Assembly (NCBI GenBank): GCA_963674945.2
Contig: CAXXWQ010000004.1
Span: forward strand, 2,624,001 to 2,688,000
Direction of reading: 5' to 3'
Source: an uncultured Desulfosarcina sp.
GTDB taxonomy: Bacteria; Desulfobacterota; Desulfobacteria; Desulfobacterales; Desulfosarcinaceae
DNA length: 64,000 bases
Positions 1 to 9,900 of the stretch are shown here, one piece after another. Position numbers and translations under genes: made by a program. The first letter of the stretch is position 1, and each line of letters begins with the position of its first letter. A model generated the notes under the pieces. It was not told the origin of the DNA, ran no database searches, and saw nothing but the letters and a program-made list of their open reading frames with translations.

Positions 1-930
1 CTGCACGTCAAACTGCAGACAGCCGCCGATCCGGCGCTGGCGGCGGCGGTGGCGGTGCTGTTTCTCACTGCATTCGGCATCAAGTCCGGTCTGTTCCCGC
101 TTTTTTTCTGGTTGCCGGCCGCCTATCATACACCCCCGGTCGCCGTCTCGGCGATCTTTTCCGGACTATTGACCAAAGTGGGTGTCTATGCCCTGATTCG
201 GATCTTTACCCTGGTTTTTCCTTTCACCGACAATGGCCTGCGGGAACTCGTGCTCGCGGCCGCTGCACTGACCATGATCGTCGGGGTCGTCGGCGCGGCG
301 GCACACGGTGAAGTGCGCAGGATTCTCTCCTTTCATATCATCAGCCAGGTCGGATACATGGTCCTGGGACTGGGACTGTTCACTCCCCTGGCCCTGGCCG
401 GTGCGGTGTTCTATCTGCTGCATCACATCGTGGTCAAAGCCAATCTGTTTCTGATCAGTGGCCTGCTGCGGCAACGGGGCGGCTCTTTCGCGCTTTCCCG
501 CCTGGGGGGATTCTACAAATCAAATGGATTGATCGCGATCCTTTTTTTCATTCCTGCCTTCTCGCTGGCCGGCTTTCCCCCGCTGTCCGGATTCTGGGCC
601 AAGATGATGCTCATCCGGGCCAGTCTGGAAATCGGCCGTTTCCTTCTCGCCGGCGTCGCAGCCGTGGTGGGCCTGCTGACGGTTTATTCCATGACCAAAA
701 TATGGAACGAAGCCTTCTGGAAGCCGGCGCCCGTTCCCGTGGCGGATTCCGGCAGCCTGCCGGCAAACGGCGGCAAGGGATGGATGTTCGGTCCGGTGGT
801 CGCCCTGGCAGTGATCACCCTGCTCATGGGTCTGTCGCCGAATCCGATATACCAGCTGGCCCGCCAGGCTGCCGAAGAGCTTATGGACCCGGGGGCGTAT
901 GTTTACAGCGTGGTGGGGGATCTGCCATGA
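1..930 (+). CDS. mnhD: Mrp/Mnh Na+/H+ antiporter subunit D (5'-truncated by window edge)
   Basis: NuoL/M/N-like membrane protein motifs (FGIKSGLFPLFFWLPAAY, LLTKVGVYALIR, SLAGFPPLSGFWAK); followed by E, F, G subunits with ATGA overlaps. Confidence 0.9.
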   Translation: MHVKLQTAADPALAAAVAVLFLTAFGIKSGLFPLFFWLPAAYHTPPVAVSAIFSGLLTKVGVYALIRIFTLVFPFTDNGLRELVLAAAALTMIVGVVGAAAHGEVRRILSFHIISQVGYMVLGLGLFTPLALAGAVFYLLHHIVVKANLFLISGLLRQRGGSFALSRLGGFYKSNGLIAILFFIPAFSLAGFPPLSGFWAKMMLIRASLEIGRFLLAGVAAVVGLLTVYSMTKIWNEAFWKPAPVPVADSGSLPANGGKGWMFGPVVALAVITLLMGLSPNPIYQLARQAAEELMDPGAYVYSVVGDLP

Positions 931-1400
931 ACCTGCTCTTCATCAATACCTTTATCGCGCTGGCGTTTGTGGGCGTAAAAGGAAAATTCAACCTGACCGG
1001 CTTTTTGGTGGGGTTCGCCCTGGGCTATCTGGCCCTGTGGATCACCCAGCCGCTATACGGCAACACGGGCTATTTCCGGCGCGTCCCCAAAACGCTGCGT
1101 CTGGGTCTCTTTTTTATCATCGAACTGATCCGGTCCAACCTGCGGGTATTCTGGGATGTCATCACTCCCGGCCACATCAGTCATCCGGGCATTGTCGGCG
1201 TCCCCCTGACCGCAAGAACCGACGTGGAAATCCTGCTTGTGGCCAATTTGATTTCCCTGACACCGGGAACGTTGAGTATCGACCTCTCCGAGGATCGCCA
1301 GACTCTCTTCGTGCATGTGATGTTTCTGGACGATCCCGAAAAATTCCGGCAAAGCATCAAGGAGGGAATCGAACGCCGGGTGTTGGCGGTGACGCGATGA
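927..1400 (+). CDS. mnhE: Mrp/Mnh antiporter subunit E
   Basis: ATG overlaps mnhD stop (ATGA); ANLISLTPGTLSIDLSED..LFVHVM motif. Confidence 0.9.
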   Translation: MNLLFINTFIALAFVGVKGKFNLTGFLVGFALGYLALWITQPLYGNTGYFRRVPKTLRLGLFFIIELIRSNLRVFWDVITPGHISHPGIVGVPLTARTDVEILLVANLISLTPGTLSIDLSEDRQTLFVHVMFLDDPEKFRQSIKEGIERRVLAVTR

Positions 1401-1717
1401 CGATCGACGCGACTATGTTGCTTTCAGGGGTTAGCCGGTTGTCGCTGGCGTTGCTGCTGATCAGTATTGGGCTTGCTTTCCTGCGCCTGGTACGGGGACC
1501 ACAGGCAGCGGACCGTGTCATTGCACTGGATTTAATTGCAGTGCTAATCGTCGCGTTTTTGGCGGCCTATGCGATCCATACAGGCAACACCTCTTTCCTG
1601 GATGTGGCCATCGCGTATGCCCTGGTTGCTTTTCTGGGAACGGTCGCCCTGGCGCGTTTTTTGATCCGATCGAAACGACGGAATGATGGACGGCCATCTT
1701 CCCGGAGGATTCCATGA
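1397..1717 (+). CDS. mnhF: Mrp/Mnh antiporter subunit F
   Basis: RLVRGP..ADRVIALDL motif; ATGA overlap. Confidence 0.88.
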   Translation: MTIDATMLLSGVSRLSLALLLISIGLAFLRLVRGPQAADRVIALDLIAVLIVAFLAAYAIHTGNTSFLDVAIAYALVAFLGTVALARFLIRSKRRNDGRPSSRRIP

Positions 1718-2124
1718 ACGCCATCATCGCCGCAATCCTGCTATTGGCCGGAACGCTGTTCTGCCTGGTCGCCGCCGTGGGCATGCTGCGGCTGCCGGAC
1801 ACCCTTATCCGCATGCACGCGGCAACCAAAGCCGGCACCCTGGGTGCAGGATTTATTCTCGCGGCACAGGCCGTAGCCGCCGGCGAGTTGGGAACCACCC
1901 TGAAGGTCATCGCCGTCATCGTCTTTCTGCTACTCACCGCACCAGTGGCGGCGCACCTCATCGGACGCGCCGCCTATCGCCGGGGAATCCAACTGTACGA
2001 TGGCACATGGACCGACGAACTCGCCCAGACGATGAGAAAAAGTGGCATCGATGGTCCGCTGCCGGGTCGGCAGGCCCTGGAACCCGCTCAGGGAACAACC
2101 CAGAGCGCACCGCCGGAAAACTGA
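1714..2124 (+). CDS. mnhG: Mrp/Mnh antiporter subunit G
   Basis: GMLRLPDTLIRMHAATKAGTLG, LTAPVAAHLIGRAAY motifs. Confidence 0.9.
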   Translation: MNAIIAAILLLAGTLFCLVAAVGMLRLPDTLIRMHAATKAGTLGAGFILAAQAVAAGELGTTLKVIAVIVFLLLTAPVAAHLIGRAAYRRGIQLYDGTWTDELAQTMRKSGIDGPLPGRQALEPAQGTTQSAPPEN

Positions 2125-3020
2125 TTGACCAGATACCGGCTGACGCTGCCGGAAAAGTATCTTCTGTTCGTTCCTCGCCGTCCGAGGATGAGGGTTCCGA
2201 AGTCACCTTTGCCATAGGCATCGAGGATTGCCTTGGCCACCTTGAATCCGCCTTTTCGAACATCGATGCGAATCTGGCTCTCACTGATTCCGGCATCATC
2301 CAGTTTTTTTAGCGCATGGGCGTAGAACCGGTCGATGTAGGCCTTGTCACTTTGCTGGATGATCTCTTCCAACTGTGAAGTATCCGTATCCGAAAAATCG
2401 ATGGGGCAGAAATCGGACAGCCGAGGGACAACATGGAAAAAAGTGATCGTCGTTGCGGGGTTACCACCGAAGACAAAAGAGAGATGATCCACGGCGCGCA
2501 AGGAACTCTGGGACCCGTCTACGGCCACCATGATACCGTTGGCGGTTGGTTTTTCGTCCACCACCCAGATGGGGAGCAACTCGGAGTTGTCCACGATGTT
2601 GTGGCTGACGCTGCCTGTGAACACTTCCGTTAGGCCGGACACGCCCCGCCGGCCGATGATGATGGCGTCATACAGCAGTGCCGTGCCGTATTCTAGAATG
2701 TCTTTTGCCACACCAAACTTTTTGGGCAGTGTTACGATCTGGACGTCCGCTTCGGCGACACCCATGGAGACCATCAGGGCTTTTTGCTTTTCAAGCAAAG
2801 CGTTTGCCGCCTCGTGGGTTTTTCGCATCAGCTTCTTCAGCTCGGCATTGGCGCTGGGTTTTATCCTGGCCTCGTCCACAAGGTATTGAGAGATGGTGGG
2901 CTGGACGTGGTACAAGACAAACTTGAGTTCCTTCACCGAATCGATTAAACCCGCCGCATATCGTAACGCATTCTCCGAATGACGCGAGTCATCCACCGCA
3001 ATCAGTACTTTCTTTTCCAT
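2088..3020 (-). CDS. Tandem-domain universal stress protein
   Basis: Two USP domains (VLIAVDDS..IIIGRRG..GSVS; IMVAVDGS..LILGRRG..GSVS). Confidence 0.88.
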   Translation of the reverse strand: MEKKVLIAVDDSRHSENALRYAAGLIDSVKELKFVLYHVQPTISQYLVDEARIKPSANAELKKLMRKTHEAANALLEKQKALMVSMGVAEADVQIVTLPKKFGVAKDILEYGTALLYDAIIIGRRGVSGLTEVFTGSVSHNIVDNSELLPIWVVDEKPTANGIMVAVDGSQSSLRAVDHLSFVFGGNPATTITFFHVVPRLSDFCPIDFSDTDTSQLEEIIQQSDKAYIDRFYAHALKKLDDAGISESQIRIDVRKGGFKVAKAILDAYGKGDFGTLILGRRGTNRRYFSGSVSRYLVNQFSGGALWVVP

Positions 3021-3188
3021 GGTGGGCCCTCCAAATATAATTTCGTAGTGGAATTATTTTTGGAAGTCTACAGGAAACCCATCCCGATAACAATGGATCT
3101 GTTTCAGTTATATGCTTGTTTTTGCCTGCCACCGTGTCAATCGAGCACGGATGGAAGGATAGCAATTGTAAACGGATCGATTTCCTTG

Positions 3189-6110
3189 CTAGGGCACCGT
3201 CCCGGCAAGAATTGCGATTTCCGCCACGGATGTCCAGGCATTGGCGTTTACTTCCGTGAGCGCCACGAGTCGGACATATCGACCGGCAATGGTGGTGAAA
3301 CGGACCTCTTTTTCGTCATTGCCATTTGCAAACACGCCCTGTGCCACCGGATCGCCCCAGCTCGAAGCGGTGCCGGGCTGGGTCTGGGTCACGTAGAAGG
3401 CATATTCTCCGATCGTTCCATTCGTGCTGCCGTCCTGGCGGGGAAGGTAGCGGAACCCGCCGACGGGGACGATCTCTCCGAAATCGATCCAGATTTCGTG
3501 TGGTGGATGGGTCACTTCGCTGGACCATTTGGTGTGCCAGAACGTATTCGGATCCCCATCGAAGGCTTGGACGGCGGGTGCATATTCCCTCATCACCTCC
3601 TCGCTGTCCACATAGAGCAGGGTCCAGGTTGCCGGAGAGATCGGATCCCCGGTCTGGGGCTGAACAGGCAATGGGTCGCCGTATAATATGGTCATTTCCG
3701 CCACGGATGTCCAGGCATTGGCGTTTACTTCCGTGAGCGCCACGAGTCGGACATATCGACCGGCAATGGTGGTGAAACGGACCTCTTTTTCGTCATTGCC
3801 ATTTGCAAACACGCCCTGTGCCACCGGATCGCCCCAGCTCGAAGCGGTGCCGGGCTGGGTCTGGGTCACGTAGAAGGCATATTCTCCGATCGTTCCATTC
3901 GTGCTGCCGTCCTGGCGGGGAAGGTAGCGGAACCCGCCGACGGGGACGATCTCTCCGAAATCGATCCAGATTTCGTGTGGTGGATGGGTCACTTCGCTGG
4001 ACCATTTGGTGTGCCAGAACGTATTCGGATCCCCATCGAAGGCTTGGACGGCGGGTGCATATTCCCTCATCACCTCCTCGCTGTCCACATAGAGCAGGGT
4101 CCAGGTTGCCGGAGAGATCGGATCCCCGGTCTGGGGCTGGTCGGGTGGAGGATCTTCACGGAGTATCGTCAGCTCCGCTACGGATGTCCAGGCTCTGGCA
4201 TTGATTTCCGTAAGGGCGACCAAGCGGACATAACGGCCGGACAAGGACGAAAAAAGAATTTCATGCTCGGACCCGGCACCGGCAAATTCGCCTCGTGCAA
4301 CCGGCTCGCCCCAGCTGGAAGCGTCGGCCGGCATTTCTGTGGTCGCATAGAAGGCATATTCTCCAATAGATCCATTCATGCTGCCGTCTTGGCGGGGAAG
4401 GTAGCGGAATCCGCCGATTTTGACAGTTTCACCCAGATCAATCCATATCTCATGAGGTGGATCGGTCACGTCGGCGGACCATTTGGTGTGCCAGAACGTA
4501 TTCGGATCCCCATCGAAGGCTTGGGCAGCAGGTGCATATTCGTATGCCACCTCCTCGCTGTCCACATAGAGCAGGGTCCAGTTTGTCGGAGAGATCGGAC
4601 CATCAGCCGACGGGATGAGGTCCTTTTGGTTTGTAATGAAAAGTTTGTCCAATCTTGTACCATCGTCTCGATGTTTTATGGATAGCCGGTGTGTGCCGGC
4701 ACTTAAATGAAACGATACCGGGTTCTCGTAATTTCTCGGTTGTTCGGGTTCTCGAATACTCACCACGTCCCATGTCCAGTTTTCTTGCTCACCGTGTTTG
4801 GTGTACCAGGTAACTTCGTTGGCGTCATCAACGGACACAAAAAAGGAGTCTCCCTGCGTCTCATTGGAAGACTGCCGCGCCCAGATCCGATACTCTCCTT
4901 CCTCTGGCACGGCAAAATGAAATTCCCCGCACCCGTCGGCCTCCAAAGGATTTTCCACACTGCCGTTTCCGGAAGGGACCCAAATATAACTGCCGTGGCT
5001 GGCAGCTTCATCATCTGCAATCTCCATTGGCCATTGCATGTCGCCATCTTCTGCTTCGATAATGATGTTTACCGGAGAACTTTCCGAAAAGGATACTGAA
5101 ATGGTGTGGTTTTCATTTACATTATCGAATACGTAGCTGGCAACGGCGCCCAAAGATTCGCCATCGACCACGACATCTGAAATGTGAAACCCCGGGTCTG
5201 GTGTAAAAGAAAAGGGTTGATGCCCGCCATTGGATACCGCCACTGTTTCGGCCGGCATGATCGTGCCATTGCCTCCTGAAGTTGCCGTGATCTCAAAGAA
5301 ATCGGCTTCAAAAGCGGCATGAATCGTATGATTTCCGTCGACTGAGGTGAAAATATAGGAATTGGATGTCTCGACCGGCGTGCCATCCACGAAAAGGCCG
5401 GAAACATGGTAACCAACTGCCGGTATGATGGAAAATGTGATATGATCACCATCGGTTACTATTGAATCGTCTGAGGGCGAGATTTCACCATTGGGACCTG
5501 CCGTAGCAGTGATTACGTAAGTGTCAATGGCAAATGTCGCTTCGATGGCATGATTTTCAGTGACTTCGTCGAATGTGTAGGAAGAGATCGCCCCTTGGGA
5601 CACACCATCAATTGTAACGTCTGCAATATGATGGCCGGCATCAGGGGTGATGGCAAAGGTCTGATTCGTTCCCTCGATCACGACGACCTCACCATTCGGT
5701 GAAAGAATACCATGTTCGCCGGCAGTTGCCATGATCGTATGCCGAACGGGTTCAATCGTCGGCGTGACGCAGGAGACTTCTTGGGAGTCCGGACTCTGCA
5801 TTGCTCCATCATATGCCCGCACCACAAAATAATAGGTGGTTTCCCAATCCAGGTTGTACACATTTCCACTGGTTTCCGAGCCTGTCCAGCAAGGGGTATC
5901 GTAGTCGTAGACCTCTCCCTGCTTTCGCTGGTAAATTCGGTATCCTTCAGGCGCGGGATCATTTTCTTCCCATGATACCGTGACACCTGCGGTATTTGGA
6001 ACCGTGTAGGTTGCGGCCGAGAGTCGGAAGGCTGGCAGTGCCAGGATGACACCGACGGTAAACGCAAAACAGACAAGGGTGGTGAACAGGTTTGACAACC
6101 GTTGAAACAT
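3189..6110 (-). CDS. Large secreted modular protein: signal peptide, FN3, three Ig-like (InlB B-repeat-like) domains, CBM-like domain, three F5/8 type C (discoidin) domains
   Basis: N-terminal hydrophobic leader; GYRIY..YYFVVRAYD FN3; ITATAG.NG.ISP repeats; AFDGDPNTFWHTKW..PHEIWID..FRYLPRQDG discoidin motif x3. Confidence 0.85.
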   Translation of the reverse strand: MFQRLSNLFTTLVCFAFTVGVILALPAFRLSAATYTVPNTAGVTVSWEENDPAPEGYRIYQRKQGEVYDYDTPCWTGSETSGNVYNLDWETTYYFVVRAYDGAMQSPDSQEVSCVTPTIEPVRHTIMATAGEHGILSPNGEVVVIEGTNQTFAITPDAGHHIADVTIDGVSQGAISSYTFDEVTENHAIEATFAIDTYVITATAGPNGEISPSDDSIVTDGDHITFSIIPAVGYHVSGLFVDGTPVETSNSYIFTSVDGNHTIHAAFEADFFEITATSGGNGTIMPAETVAVSNGGHQPFSFTPDPGFHISDVVVDGESLGAVASYVFDNVNENHTISVSFSESSPVNIIIEAEDGDMQWPMEIADDEAASHGSYIWVPSGNGSVENPLEADGCGEFHFAVPEEGEYRIWARQSSNETQGDSFFVSVDDANEVTWYTKHGEQENWTWDVVSIREPEQPRNYENPVSFHLSAGTHRLSIKHRDDGTRLDKLFITNQKDLIPSADGPISPTNWTLLYVDSEEVAYEYAPAAQAFDGDPNTFWHTKWSADVTDPPHEIWIDLGETVKIGGFRYLPRQDGSMNGSIGEYAFYATTEMPADASSWGEPVARGEFAGAGSEHEILFSSLSGRYVRLVALTEINARAWTSVAELTILREDPPPDQPQTGDPISPATWTLLYVDSEEVMREYAPAVQAFDGDPNTFWHTKWSSEVTHPPHEIWIDFGEIVPVGGFRYLPRQDGSTNGTIGEYAFYVTQTQPGTASSWGDPVAQGVFANGNDEKEVRFTTIAGRYVRLVALTEVNANAWTSVAEMTILYGDPLPVQPQTGDPISPATWTLLYVDSEEVMREYAPAVQAFDGDPNTFWHTKWSSEVTHPPHEIWIDFGEIVPVGGFRYLPRQDGSTNGTIGEYAFYVTQTQPGTASSWGDPVAQGVFANGNDEKEVRFTTIAGRYVRLVALTEVNANAWTSVAEIAILAGTVP
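3217..4139. repeat. Intragenic direct repeat, 477-bp period (3217-3662 and 3694-4139), with a more diverged third copy to ~4600
   Basis: Copies read identical by eye; the ORF track gives identical shadow ORFs at 3316 and 3793. Confidence 0.95.
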
Positions 6111-6173
6111 ACTACGATCCTCCGTGGTTCAAAGATGGACAACCGGTAGATCCACAGAGGATGCATCCGCTTG

Positions 6174-6270
6174 CCTTCGGCGGCCCTGCTGCCGTGTCTT
6201 CTTGAAAAAAGAAGAGTTAGGCCAGAAGCGTTGCGTCCCATTCTTTCGAATGGTTTGCCATTATCGAGCA
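6174..6270 (-). ncRNA. c-di-GMP-I (GEMM-I) riboswitch
   Basis: Minus strand reads GGCAAACCATTCGAAAGAATGGGACGCAACGCTTCTGGCCTAA...GGCAGCAGGGCCGCCGAA, matching the class I aptamer (GAAA tetraloop, CCTAA receptor, GGGACGCAA); lies in the leader of the 3189-6110 gene. Confidence 0.92.
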
Positions 6271-6298
6271 GCTTGATGACTGTCTCAAAAATCTTTTT

Positions 6299-6314
6299 TG
6301 CAATCAAAATGCCA
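6299..6314 (-). promoter_or_regulatory. sigma54 (-24/-12) promoter
   Basis: Minus strand TGGCAT-TTTGA-TTGCA matches TGGCAC-N5-TTGCW; ~30 bp upstream of the riboswitch. Confidence 0.75.
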
Positions 6315-6681
6315 TCGGCATTATATTTTTTGATATTGTATTAAAAATCTAAAATTAAAACAGATTCTGTTCATAGCGGGTGTTGTGCAGGAACCAGAAG
6401 GGAATGAAAAAGTGTATCATACCGTATAAAAAAGAACATCGATCGTCCTAAATCGTTATGCCGAAAAATGCCCATCATGTGATGCAATCGTAGCTATCCC
6501 ATAAAAGTTCCTTCCATGGTCGTCCGAGATCATCGTTTCCGTATTCCTTCATCGGCGGCAGAAGAAGACCATCCCGTGGCAGGGCAATCACGTTGATCTT
6601 TTATTGAACCTACGCTATGGTTCGATTATTGTTTTCACATAACTCCATCCATCACAAATTCCACCAAAAGGAGAAGGTAAC

Positions 6682-6876
6682 ATGAAGGTTACGATTACCA
6701 GTCAATGTATGGGTGACAGAAATTGTAACAATCTTTGTCCAGAAGTTTTCGAATATGACGAAGATCAACTGCAGTCCATCGTAAAATTCGATACGATCCC
6801 CGAAAAATATGAGGACGTCGTCCGACAGGCCGCGAGTGAGTGTGGCGCAGAAGCAATCGAGATCATGGAGGAGTAA
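6682..6876 (+). CDS. Monocluster ferredoxin (CxxDxxC type)
   Basis: CMGDRNC..CPEVF..SECGAEAI; strong AAGGAG RBS. Confidence 0.88.
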   Translation: MKVTITSQCMGDRNCNNLCPEVFEYDEDQLQSIVKFDTIPEKYEDVVRQAASECGAEAIEIMEE

Positions 6877-7038
6877 TATACTTTCTTTCCCTTTCACCCT
6901 GCCTTCCAGATTACCGTTTCCGGCGGTGCCGATCCAACCGGGGAGGCGCCGCTTGCCACGAAAACGTGAAACGTGTGAGTATTCGTTCACGCCAAGATCC
7001 AAACACGCGATTCACCAATCGTTCAATGGGGGTTGCGC

Positions 7039-7614
7039 ATGTCCCGGTTCAGAGAGAGTCAAACGGCAAAAAACCTTCTAATTTCATATGCATTCGAATC
7101 CCAGGCGACCACGCGATACACATTTTTTGCCGATCAGGCAAAAAGGGACGGTTACATTCAGGTCGCCGCCATTTTCAATGAAACCGCCAGCCAGGAGTGC
7201 GAACATGCGCTTCGCTTTTTCAAATTTTTCAATGGTGGAAAACTTGAGGTGACGGCCAGTTTTCTCACCGGCGTGGTCAAGGCGACTTATGAAAATTTGG
7301 AATCTGCAGCGGATTTGGAGCTGGATGTTCACAGTCGGCTGTACCCCGGATTTGCTCAAATTGCGCGCCAGGAGGGATTCGATCGCGCAGCGGATGTTTG
7401 GGATGCAATCATCGTTGCCGAAGTGCAACACGAAAAGAATTTTCGCGAACTTGCAGAGAATGTGAAGACCGATCGGGTTTTCAGCCGATCTAGTGCCAGG
7501 ATTTGGCGTTGTATGAACTGCGGATATATCCACGAAGGAAAGTGCGCGCCGGCCAAATGTCCGGCTTGCGTGCAACCGTCGAACTATTTCGAATTATTTG
7601 TTCCCAATTGGTAG
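7039..7614 (+). CDS. rbr: Rubrerythrin
   Basis: ESQA..RY, E..EHA, EVQHE diiron ligands and C-terminal WRCMNCGY..CPAC rubredoxin domain. Confidence 0.92.
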   Translation: MSRFRESQTAKNLLISYAFESQATTRYTFFADQAKRDGYIQVAAIFNETASQECEHALRFFKFFNGGKLEVTASFLTGVVKATYENLESAADLELDVHSRLYPGFAQIARQEGFDRAADVWDAIIVAEVQHEKNFRELAENVKTDRVFSRSSARIWRCMNCGYIHEGKCAPAKCPACVQPSNYFELFVPNW

Positions 7615-7748
7615 CAGATCCAAAACCGTGAAGAATCATTCCACGCAATCGTGTTTTTTCCACGTCGGGAACCAACGCCAAATGAGCTGGGCACAAAGAG
7701 AAAAATATGGTAAGAAGTCTGGATTTTCCATAAGGAGGACTGAATCCC

Positions 7749-8246
7749 ATGCTGTCCAGGTTTTCCAACGAGGTGCTTTCCAAGGGTGCGCAAGCCGTAC
7801 TTCCCCAGAACTTAAATGGATTCTGGCTGCAAAGACTGCAAAAACTGTCCGACGACTTCCTCGATCATAATTTCGCCACCGACCGATGTTTGGAAACCCC
7901 GGAGACGGATGATCCAGTACTTTTATCCTGTGTTCATGAAGTGTTGCGGTATAATGGAACCGACGGTTCCAGCCGATCTGCCGAGCAACTGGCCGAAGAT
8001 ATAACCATATACGCCCTTTCCATCACAATGGAAACCATCCGCCGGGAATCGGATATCGAAATGTCGCCTCCGACATTGGAGGAACTTCTCTCCTTGGATC
8101 GAATCGTTCAATTTGGCAAAACAAACCCTGATTTTGGTCGATTTCTCGAACAGGCATGCATCGTTCGGGAAGATTCGTCCTCGGACGAAGAAAATTGGTT
8201 TCAAAGGCTGAAACGAAGGATCCGAGCCCGAATTTCCGAAGATTGA
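7749..8246 (+). CDS. Hypothetical protein
   Basis: 165-aa ORF with AAGGAGG RBS; no recognised motif. Confidence 0.65.
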   Translation: MLSRFSNEVLSKGAQAVLPQNLNGFWLQRLQKLSDDFLDHNFATDRCLETPETDDPVLLSCVHEVLRYNGTDGSSRSAEQLAEDITIYALSITMETIRRESDIEMSPPTLEELLSLDRIVQFGKTNPDFGRFLEQACIVREDSSSDEENWFQRLKRRIRARISED

Positions 8247-8267
8247 TGGGCTTGTTTCGGCCCTTCA

Positions 8268-8424
8268 ATCTTGATGAAATTGCAAAAAGTCGAATTTCGG
8301 ACGGCTTCGTAACAAGTTCGAGATCAAGGATTGCGAACCCCGAGGAATGAGGCGTATGGTTGAATACGTCGCAGTGACGAGGGGTGAAGCGTAACGCAGA
8401 TATCGGATTTTTACGAAAACGTCA
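8268..8424 (+). repeat. Intergenic palindromic repeat family A, copy 1
   Basis: Homologous to 28669-28823 (inverted) and 60802-60978; nested inverted repeats; right end overlaps the pyk stop. Confidence 0.9.
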
Positions 8425-9846
8425 GTCGTCATATCCCACGCGGTGAAGTTTAATGATATTGGTGGATCCGGCTTTGAGCCCCATGCCGATCACCAATACC
8501 ACGAGGTCTCCCTTGGCAACCCGATCCTTTCCCATGAGCATTCGTTCGCTGGCCTCCACCAACTTGGCCGCATCTTCGATCATGCCGATAAACATCGGGG
8601 TGATTCCCCATAGCAAGGCAAGACGGTGGTAGGTGTCCTGGCGTGATGTAAAGGCATATACGGGTTTCGACGGCCGCTGTTTGGAAATCTGTTTCGATGT
8701 GCTGCCCGAAACGGAAAATGCAATGATGCACCGGGCGTTTACCTCATGAAGAATGCTTACGGCGCTTTTGGCCACGGCGTGGGTTACCGGGTCCGCCGGA
8801 TCCGAATCGTGACGGAGATTGAACCGTAAAAATGGTGAACCCTCGGCCTGGCGAGCGATTTTGACCATCATCTGAACTGCATTCACCGGGTATTTGCCGG
8901 ATGCGGTTTCTCCGGACAGCATGACGGCATCGGTGCCGTCGAAAATCGCGTTTGCCACATCCGAGGCTTCGGCTCGGGTTGGGATGGGGTTGACGGTCAT
9001 CGATTCCAGCATCTGCGTTGCGGTGATCACCGGCTTGTTTTTTCGGATACTGGCGGCGATGATTCTCTTCTGGATGATGGGGACCAGTTCGGGTTGCACC
9101 TCCACCCCCAGATCTCCCCGCGCCACCATTACCCCGTCTGTCACATCCAGAATCGCATCCAGGTTTTCCACGGCCTCCGGTTTTTCGATTTTGGCAATCA
9201 CCGGTATGGTCACCCCCTGTTTTTTCATGATGAATTTGATGGCCGAGAGATCTTCGGCGCTGCGAACGAAGGAGAGGGCAAAATAATCAACGCTGTTTTT
9301 AATGCCGAAATTCACGTCCCGGATGTCTTTTTCCGTCAGGGAGGGAGCGGAAACAGCGACCCCCGGAAGATTGATGCCTTTGTTTTCTTTTAAGATCCCT
9401 TCGTTTCGAACCTCACACAAGACGGTATCATCGGTCTTCGATTTCACCCGAAGCCGGATCAGCCCGTCGTCGAGCAAGATGGTGTCTCCGGGTCTCACAT
9501 CGCCGGGCAGATTTTGATACGTGGTGGAGACCATCTGGGCGTTGCCCGTCACTGGTTTGATTGTGATGGAAAAATCAGCGCAACGCTGCAGACGAACCGG
9601 TTCACCGTTTTCCAGTTTTCCCACACGGATTTTGGGCCCCTGCAGGTCCAGTAAAATGCCCACGGGGCGGTTGAGCGTTCGGGAGGCGGATCGGATATTC
9701 CGGATGGCCCCGCTGTGGGTTTCGTAATTGCCGTGGGAAAAATTCAACCGGGCGACATTCATGCCGGCGGAAACCAATTTTGCCAGCATTTCCGGTTGAT
9801 TGGATGCGGGGCCGATCGTAGCCACGATTTTGGTTCGGATCGTCAT
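8422..9846 (-). CDS. pyk: Pyruvate kinase
   Basis: RTKIVATIGPAS, ARLNFSHG, DGVMVARGDLGVE, ATQMLESM, AVMLSGETA. Confidence 0.97.
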   Translation of the reverse strand: MTIRTKIVATIGPASNQPEMLAKLVSAGMNVARLNFSHGNYETHSGAIRNIRSASRTLNRPVGILLDLQGPKIRVGKLENGEPVRLQRCADFSITIKPVTGNAQMVSTTYQNLPGDVRPGDTILLDDGLIRLRVKSKTDDTVLCEVRNEGILKENKGINLPGVAVSAPSLTEKDIRDVNFGIKNSVDYFALSFVRSAEDLSAIKFIMKKQGVTIPVIAKIEKPEAVENLDAILDVTDGVMVARGDLGVEVQPELVPIIQKRIIAASIRKNKPVITATQMLESMTVNPIPTRAEASDVANAIFDGTDAVMLSGETASGKYPVNAVQMMVKIARQAEGSPFLRFNLRHDSDPADPVTHAVAKSAVSILHEVNARCIIAFSVSGSTSKQISKQRPSKPVYAFTSRQDTYHRLALLWGITPMFIGMIEDAAKLVEASERMLMGKDRVAKGDLVVLVIGMGLKAGSTNIIKLHRVGYDD

Positions 9847-9900
9847 GGATCGTCCTTTCTCGTCTGATTTGGTGAACATGTTTCCTTCTCATGGGTTGTT

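Noticed and set aside
2088..2124. Convergent 3' overlaps (mnhG/usp; also lutC with the next gene at 50592-50657)
   Set aside because: Short non-conserved C-terminal tails, a common feature with no sign of function
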